Assembly (NCBI GenBank): GCA_028279595.1 | Contig: JANQNK010000007.1 | Location: forward strand, 25,214-89,213 | DNA: 64,000 bases | From: Thermoplasmatota archaeon | GTDB taxonomy: Archaea > Thermoplasmatota > JAKEGO01 | Reading direction: 5' to 3' | Part shown: positions 57,813 to 64,000 of the stretch, in pieces | Position numbering within the stretch: the stretch's first letter is position 1 | Layout: each line of letters starts with the position of its first letter | Notes under the pieces: model-generated | What the model was told of the DNA's origin: nothing | The model's database searches: none | Seen by the model: only the letters and a program-made list of their open reading frames with translations | Position numbers and translations under genes: made by a program

Positions 57813-60800
57813 TCACTCGTCCTCCCTGCGCCTCCAGGCTGCGTAGGCCACTAGAATGGCCAGTGAGACCAGGACTGGGAACCCGGTCGAGAATCCAGCC
57901 GTGTCCAGGTTGGTGCCTACCGCCTTGGTGTCGAGGTCGGCGTCGTTGTTCGTCTGTATCGAAAGGGCCTCCTCGCCGGCGTAATCGAGATGCACGTGGA
58001 GCACGTGCTCGCCTTCGCCGGAGAAGGCATAGGTGAATTCGGCTAACGCGAAGGCCTCGTCGTAAGGCTTGCCCCTCGTTACAGCGGGGACGTTCACGAC
58101 GGTGGACCCGATCGGTACACCGAGGTCTGAGAGCTCGACCGTAACGTTCACGGCCTGGGAGGCCCCCAGGTTGCGTACCTTCACGATGATCTTAGCATCC
58201 TTCCGGACAACGGTGGCCTCGAGGTAGTCAAGGATGATGTCGTCGCTCACGATGGAAACCTCTGGCTTCGTCGGGATGACCAGTAGATTGCCCACGACGA
58301 CGAAGTTGATGTTGTTCTTCTCGGGGATGATGTTCGTGGGATCGATGTTGACGCAGAGCGGATATGCCGTGAGGTCGTCCTGCCCGGTCTTGGCGATTAT
58401 CTCGTTCCTTAGGGGAGCGGTGTTCACCCTCAGGTTCAGGGGCTGTTCGATGGTGACGTTGTGATAGTAGGACGGGATGATCTCTACCGCCCGCGACCAC
58501 CGGTCCCACTCGTTGTAGAGGGGATCGAGGTTTATGTAGACGTCCTTGCGTGGATTGAACTCGTAGTTGCGGTCGCAGTCGATGTACAGCAGCGCTCCAA
58601 CGTATGCCGCGACGAGGAAACCGGTGTTCCTGAGGGTACAGTTGACCTTCAGGACGTCGCCCTCTATCACGCCGATCCTGTTGTCGGGCATCTCGATGTT
58701 GCCGTCCAGGACGATGTCCTCCCTTCGGAGCTGGATCTCTGGGGGCGGTCCGAACGTAACGGCCTTCAGGATGACATGGTTGTTCCACTCGTCGGACTCG
58801 AATATCCTGTTCTCCTTGTCGATCCAGATCTCAAGTGTGTGGGTCAGGTTCTCCCCGTCGGCGATGGGGGTCCAGTAGAGCGAGTAGGACCCGTTCTCGT
58901 TGGCGCCGAGGGTGACCATGATGGAGTCTACCGTGCGGTTGTTGTCCGTGAGGTTGATGAGGAAGTTCTCGGCTATGACGGGGCCGAGGTTGTGGACAGT
59001 TATGTCGAGGCGGTTCTCGTAACCGAGGATCGGCCCGATGCCGAAGGTGACGTCGTCGTTCTTGTCCCACTTGCTCTGGTTCGCTATCATCATGTCTGGA
59101 ACGGGCCACACGTAGATGGTCCTCGAGAAGTTGTTGTTCGTTTCGTCGAGCTCCGGTAACAGGTTGTCGGGATCGACCGAGATGTTGATGGTGTGGTTGC
59201 CTACGGGTGTCGATACCCAGTCGACATCGAGGTGCTCGACGCCTCCCGGACCTATGTCTATGCTCGTCTCGTAGAACATCACGTCGTTGTCCTCGAAGCG
59301 GACGGTGACATTGTTGGCCGGTATGCCGCCCTCGTTCCTGACATCGACGCCGATTGTGACAGTGTTACCGTCGGGCTGGTTCACGACGGACTCGACGTCC
59401 GTGTCCCTGAGCCTCAGCTCGACCGAGTTGACATTGTCGAGACAGTAGATGTATCCGTCACCGACCGAGACTATGATCTCTCCCTGGTCGTCGTTGTCGA
59501 TGTCGATGACGATGGGCTGCGCCGTCCCGAACCCGAAGTGGAAGGTCCAGTCGATGGACCCGTTGTTGCCGTCGAGGACGTACATGTACCCGTTCGATGC
59601 ACCGAAGATTATCTCCGGTGTCCCGTCGGAATCGAGGTCCGCTGCCGTCGGCGGCGTCAGGACGGTCTCGTCGTTCTCCAGGTCGAACTTCCATACCATG
59701 GAGCCGTCGTCGTCTATGCAGTAAGCCCTGCCGTCGACCATCGTCTGGACTATCTCGTCGACACCGTCCCCGTCGACGTCCACCGCGGTGCCGCGGGAGC
59801 TCTCGACACGGTAGGTGCTCTCGTTGAGGTCTCCTCCGTACCAGAGGGTCTCCCCGGTCTCGATGTCGATGGCCGAACCGATCACGGTGCTTGAGTGGAA
59901 TTGGTATGCCACGAGGAGCTCGGGAGCGATGTCGTAGTCGCCCTGGCCGATCATGTGACCGCCGTAGGAGTAAGTTGGAGAGTTGGGAAGCGTGTAGGTG
60001 AACTCGCCGATGAGCGGGTCGAACACCTTGAAGGTCGTGCCGTCCTGGGACAGGATCTCGTCGAGACCGTCGTCGTCGACATCGTAGACGATGCCGTAGC
60101 GAACACGGGTACCGTCCTTGACCCACAGGGGTTTCTGGGTGGCGCCGTCCAGGACCATGGACCCGGTCACGTAGGTCGACCACTCGTTCGGCTGGCTGTA
60201 CGAGTAGTTGTTGTACTGGAAGTAGATGTCCATCACGTTGTCGCTGTTGAAGTACCCCACCGTCAAGGAGTTGAACGCATAGAGACGTTCTCGCCCCTTC
60301 CAGATGTTGGTCCTCCTGAACCGCCACTCCCTGTCCCATTCGTTGAGGACACCGTCCCATTCGTAGCAATAGACATTGCCCCAGTTCTTGGTGATCATCT
60401 CGATCTTCCCGTCGTTGTCATAGTCGATCAGGAAGTGTGTGTCCCGGTGGAGATGATGAAGTGGATAGGCCTGCGGTTCGTTGTGATAATCGGCCCCGGT
60501 GGCGTTGAGCATGGTTATCCAGGTCTCGTGGGGAAGTTGAGCGATTATCTCCTGGTCGCCGTCCTGGTCCATGTCCGCGGACCACAGGTTGCTGGTCGCA
60601 CCGCCGGTCCTCACGGTCCTTGCGGAGCCCGTGCTGTTCACTACGTACATGTACCCGTCGTCGGTAGCGATGATCGCCTCGTTGACGTCGTCCCCCGTAA
60701 GGTTCCCGATGTCCCGCATGTATATCCGCGGCGTGGGAACGTTCGGCGGAGGTATGAAGTTCCAGACCCTCGTGAGGTTCGAACCGTTGGCGTTGAAGGC

Positions 60801-63800
60801 GCTGAAGTTCCCCTGGTCGAGGAGGAAGATCTCGTTGATCCCGTCTCCGTCGATGTCCCCGTACGCATTGGGGCCGTATACCTGGTACCACTCCCAGTAG
60901 TACTGTCCAGAGCTGAACCAGCACTGAGTGGGATCGTGCTGGGCCTCGAACCACCTGTTCCAGTAGGCGTCCCGGTACCCGCTGACGTTCCACTTCTCGT
61001 GGTATCCGGTCTCGTTGCCGTCGAGGGCTATCCAGTGGTCCTCGCTGGTGTCCGACCAGAGGATGATCTCGCTCTCGGGGTCCTCGTCGATGTTTGCGAT
61101 GGCACGGGACTCCCACTGGTATTCCTGCATCGAGCCCCAGGTCCCCTCGAGGGTCCCGTTCTCCAGGTCGATTATGATGCAGTGCCAGTGATTCCGCCCG
61201 GCGGACCTGGCGTCCCTGCTTATGTTCCTGATGTTGCCGACGAACTCGAGGACGCCGTCTCCGTCGACGTCCGCGACGGAACCGCGCATCCATTCGAAGA
61301 GTATCTGGTTCCCCCACCCACCCTTCTCTATGATGTAGTGGCTGCGGATACCGATGGTGGATTCGTTGCATTCGAGGACCATCACACCGTCATAGGTGTA
61401 GACGTCGTTGTTCTTGTACCAGTTGTGATTGGGTTCGGTGTGGAGCACGATGACGTTGCCCCGGCCGTCGGACTCGTTGAGGTCCGTGATGATCAGGGAA
61501 CCGCCGACGCGGTAGGGGGATGAGCTGATAACATCGTCGTACTTGAACGTGCCGTCCTCGGCATTGTAGACCGAGATCCTGTAGGCCGTCAGGACCACGA
61601 CGTCCTTCACGCCGTCGAGGTCGACGTCGCCGACAGCGATGCTGTTCTTCGAATCGTAGGTGTAGGAGATGTCCCACATTGTCTGCGGATCGACCTTCCA
61701 ACCCTTGGTCTCGAACGACCAAGCCCGGAGCCGTCCGTCGTTCAGCTTGATTATCATCTCGTACTTTCCGTCGTTGAGTCCGTCGAAGTCGTCGACGATG
61801 ATGTTGTCCGGCGCGTAGCTATGGAGGTACTGGGCGTTCCAGGTCTTCTCGTACTGCAGCGACCCGTTGACGCCGTTGATTATGGATATCCTCGCAGGGT
61901 AGCGCTTGGCGGCAACGATGTCCACGATTCCGTTCTTGTCGAGGTCGTAGATCCCGATTATCCTGTCGACCTCGCTGGTGTCGCCGACCCACAGGAGGAC
62001 GTCGTCGGGGGTCTTCGCAACGACCCTCTGGCCGTAGAGCATGACGATGTCGTTCTTGTTGTCCTTGTTGACATCGTAGATGACGCCCCACTCGGCGTAA
62101 CCGCCGATGTAGGACTTCCATTCGACGCCGGGGGCGAAGTACTGGCTCGGAATTGCCGTCGACGATGTCCTGTCCGGGCTCCCGCCCATCTGGGTCCAGT
62201 CGTCGTTGGGGCTGAGTTCGACGTCGCTCACGGTCTGGGGTATCGCCAGGCTCGTGTTCGCCATGCCGACCTCGTCCTGGTATCCGGCCTTGGATACGTG
62301 GAGATAGTAGAGGAGCGGTCCTCCGGCGGAGTATTCCACGGGAGCGATGTACGAACCGTTCTGGCCTGTGAGCACCGTGACGTTGAGGAGGAGTCCAGCA
62401 TCCTGCTGTGCGTCGACCCTTGCGAGTGGGATGAGGGTGCCGATGAACTTCTGGCTAACGGTTCCCATGATCCATGCCGGGTTCTCGTAGTAGTAGACCG
62501 ATATGTCCCTCAGGGCCGGTGTCGAGACGCCGTCCGTCGAGTTCATGACCACCCTGTACTGGATGAACTGACCCTCGAAGACGGACCCGAAGTCGTACTC
62601 CATGTTATCGACCGCGACCCACGGCTCGAGAAGGATACCGGCCTCGGAGTCGCCCGACCTCAGGAAGACGTCCATGGTCGTACCGTCCGGCACGTCGGCG
62701 TGCCACTGAACGGCGCTGATCCTGCTGTCAGGGTTCGTGGTGTTCCAGACCTCTGATACGTACTCGCCGATCATAGATGGGGTGTAGACGCCCAGGTCCG
62801 CGATCCGGTAGTAGTGCCACGAGTCGCTGTTCGTGTAATTGCCGTATATCTGATGTGCGACGACGTAGCGGGCGGTGACGGAGGAGGATCCCGGGAGCCA
62901 TCCGCTGACAGGAGCTCCGCTCGAGGCATTGTATACAGCGCCGTCCTCGAAGGTGAACCTGTCGGGGCAGTCACTGGCCGACGTCCAGGTGTTCTTGGTG
63001 AAGTTCACCAGGTCCGTCCCGCCGGAGAATGTCTCGTTCGGCGCATCGTAGTCCGTGTAGGCAGTGATGGCGAAGCCGTTCTGCCAGTACCGGGTATCGT
63101 AGCTCATGTAATAGTCGATCATGGCAATGTCCTGCTGCGAACCGAGGTCCACGGCGATCCACTGCCTGTTCTTGTAACCCTCGCTCTGGGGAGCATTTAT
63201 CACGCCGTGGAACCGCCGGTTGAACCTTCCGTCCACGAGCTGGGCGCGGTGCCAGTCGGCCCATTCCCCCTCGTTGCTGAAGACGGTCTGGTCCCGAGCG
63301 ATGTTGGCGGCGAGTGTTACCGCACCCCTCTGGGAGTCTCCGAAGGTGTCCGTGAAAGTCCCGGTGGAGAAGTCCTCGACGGTCGACTGGAAGAGGACGT
63401 TCTTGAAGCGGATCTCGAGGTCGAGCACCGCATTCCCAACGACGTTCACGTTCTGCCAGTACGGATTGTAATCGTCGGCCGTCACTCTCATGGTGTAGGC
63501 CCCTGCCGAGATCCCCAGCCTGTAATCGCCCGATGGATCGCAGACCGCGTCGGCCACCGTCAACCCACCTGTCTCCATACTCACGACGGCTCCAGGTACT
63601 GGATAACCGCCCTCGTTGGTCACAGTCCCTGTGATCCATGCGGGACTGACCTGGTAGGATATCTCGATGTCCCGGAGTACCGGGGAGCTCATGCCTGTCC
63701 CTGTCAGGAGGACCCGGTACTGGATGTAGCGTCCAGCTGGGGTGGCGATCGTGTTGTCGTAGGCGTCGACGTTCTCCCAGGCGGAGGCGCCCGCCATCAG

Positions 63801-64000
63801 GATGTCCGGGGAGGACCGGACCTGTACCGACAGGGTCTGGTTCGCGTTGATCCCGGCACTGTAGTCGACGAGGGTCATCTCCGTGTTCGCGTCGCCGGTG
63901 TCGTGGACGTTCGATATGAACGTTCCCGATGTCTCGAACCCGGTGACCGTCGGCGGGGTGGCTATCCCGAATGTCCGCCTCTGTCCCGATGAGCCGGAAT
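57813..64000 (-). CDS. Paralogous giant FG-GAP/CARDB surface protein (5' end outside the window)
   Basis: Colinear with the 50032-57597 product; the frame stays open from 63878 to the window edge and continues to align with the paralog. Confidence 0.87.
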   Translation of the reverse strand, partial: SGSSGQRRTFGIATPPTVTGFETSGTFISNVHDTGDANTEMTLVDYSAGINANQTLSVQVRSSPDILMAGASAWENVDAYDNTIATPAGRYIQYRVLLTGTGMSSPVLRDIEISYQVSPAWITGTVTNEGGYPVPGAVVSMETGGLTVADAVCDPSGDYRLGISAGAYTMRVTADDYNPYWQNVNVVGNAVLDLEIRFKNVLFQSTVEDFSTGTFTDTFGDSQRGAVTLAANIARDQTVFSNEGEWADWHRAQLVDGRFNRRFHGVINAPQSEGYKNRQWIAVDLGSQQDIAMIDYYMSYDTRYWQNGFAITAYTDYDAPNETFSGGTDLVNFTKNTWTSASDCPDRFTFEDGAVYNASSGAPVSGWLPGSSSVTARYVVAHQIYGNYTNSDSWHYYRIADLGVYTPSMIGEYVSEVWNTTNPDSRISAVQWHADVPDGTTMDVFLRSGDSEAGILLEPWVAVDNMEYDFGSVFEGQFIQYRVVMNSTDGVSTPALRDISVYYYENPAWIMGTVSQKFIGTLIPLARVDAQQDAGLLLNVTVLTGQNGSYIAPVEYSAGGPLLYYLHVSKAGYQDEVGMANTSLAIPQTVSDVELSPNDDWTQMGGSPDRTSSTAIPSQYFAPGVEWKSYIGGYAEWGVIYDVNKDNKNDIVMLYGQRVVAKTPDDVLLWVGDTSEVDRIIGIYDLDKNGIVDIVAAKRYPARISIINGVNGSLQYEKTWNAQYLHSYAPDNIIVDDFDGLNDGKYEMIIKLNDGRLRAWSFETKGWKVDPQTMWDISYTYDSKNSIAVGDVDLDGVKDVVVLTAYRISVYNAEDGTFKYDDVISSSPYRVGGSLIITDLNESDGRGNVIVLHTEPNHNWYKNNDVYTYDGVMVLECNESTIGIRSHYIIEKGGWGNQILFEWMRGSVADVDGDGVLEFVGNIRNISRDARSAGRNHWHCIIIDLENGTLEGTWGSMQEYQWESRAIANIDEDPESEIILWSDTSEDHWIALDGNETGYHEKWNVSGYRDAYWNRWFEAQHDPTQCWFSSGQYYWEWYQVYGPNAYGDIDGDGINEIFLLDQGNFSAFNANGSNLTRVWNFIPPPNVPTPRIYMRDIGNLTGDDVNEAIIATDDGYMYVVNSTGSARTVRTGGATSNLWSADMDQDGDQEIIAQLPHETWITMLNATGADYHNEPQAYPLHHLHRDTHFLIDYDNDGKIEMITKNWGNVYCYEWDGVLNEWDREWRFRRTNIWKGRERLYAFNSLTVGYFNSDNVMDIYFQYNNYSYSQPNEWSTYVTGSMVLDGATQKPLWVKDGTRVRYGIVYDVDDDGLDEILSQDGTTFKVFDPLIGEFTYTLPNSPTYSYGGHMIGQGDYDIAPELLVAYQFHSSTVIGSAIDIETGETLWYGGDLNESTYRVESSRGTAVDVDGDGVDEIVQTMVDGRAYCIDDDGSMVWKFDLENDETVLTPPTAADLDSDGTPEIIFGASNGYMYVLDGNNGSIDWTFHFGFGTAQPIVIDIDNDDQGEIIVSVGDGYIYCLDNVNSVELRLRDTDVESVVNQPDGNTVTIGVDVRNEGGIPANNVTVRFEDNDVMFYETSIDIGPGGVEHLDVDWVSTPVGNHTINISVDPDNLLPELDETNNNFSRTIYVWPVPDMMIANQSKWDKNDDVTFGIGPILGYENRLDITVHNLGPVIAENFLINLTDNNRTVDSIMVTLGANENGSYSLYWTPIADGENLTHTLEIWIDKENRIFESDEWNNHVILKAVTFGPPPEIQLRREDIVLDGNIEMPDNRIGVIEGDVLKVNCTLRNTGFLVAAYVGALLYIDCDRNYEFNPRKDVYINLDPLYNEWDRWSRAVEIIPSYYHNVTIEQPLNLRVNTAPLRNEIIAKTGQDDLTAYPLCVNIDPTNIIPEKNNINFVVVGNLLVIPTKPEVSIVSDDIILDYLEATVVRKDAKIIVKVRNLGASQAVNVTVELSDLGVPIGSTVVNVPAVTRGKPYDEAFALAEFTYAFSGEGEHVLHVHLDYAGEEALSIQTNNDADLDTKAVGTNLDTAGFSTGFPVLVSLAILVAYAAWRRREDE

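Overview
Archaeal chromosomal DNA, most consistent with Thermoplasmatota (inferred from gene style: archaeal uL3/uL4, aRF1, membrane-anchored LonB, Pus10, and many PKD/CARDB/NosD surface proteins with zinc-ribbon tails). Housekeeping genes include the start of the rpl3-rpl4-rpl23 operon, a cysteine desulfurase, a CitG-like enzyme, aRF1, uppP, lonB, thioredoxin, hypB, a fused ADP-forming acyl-CoA synthetase and pus10. These are interleaved with very large secreted or membrane-anchored proteins: two NosD/beta-helix proteins in an AT-richer block, a PKD-rich probable major surface protein, a ~1330-aa beta-repeat protein and two paralogous FG-GAP/CARDB giants. There is also a four-gene ABC-2-type exporter and a three-gene flavin/Fe-S operon (GltD-MvhD-CCG fusion plus a proline/sarcosine-dehydrogenase-like pair). 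I see no tRNA, rRNA, CRISPR array, transposase or integrase. The most notable unannotated signals are: (1) a dispersed intergenic hairpin family, GAGRCGCGTYGA-N18/19-TCGAGCGC, with four same-orientation copies whose cores differ in sequence but remain self-complementary, plus a 33-bp-period array of its left arm; (2) a three-way-junction 5' leader of the rpl3 operon that looks like a permuted mimic of the 23S rRNA uL4 site; (3) a cleanly circularly permuted SGNH hydrolase; (4) an oxidoreductase whose MvhD and CCG domains have lost their Fe-S cysteines. All calls were made by eye, without database searches.
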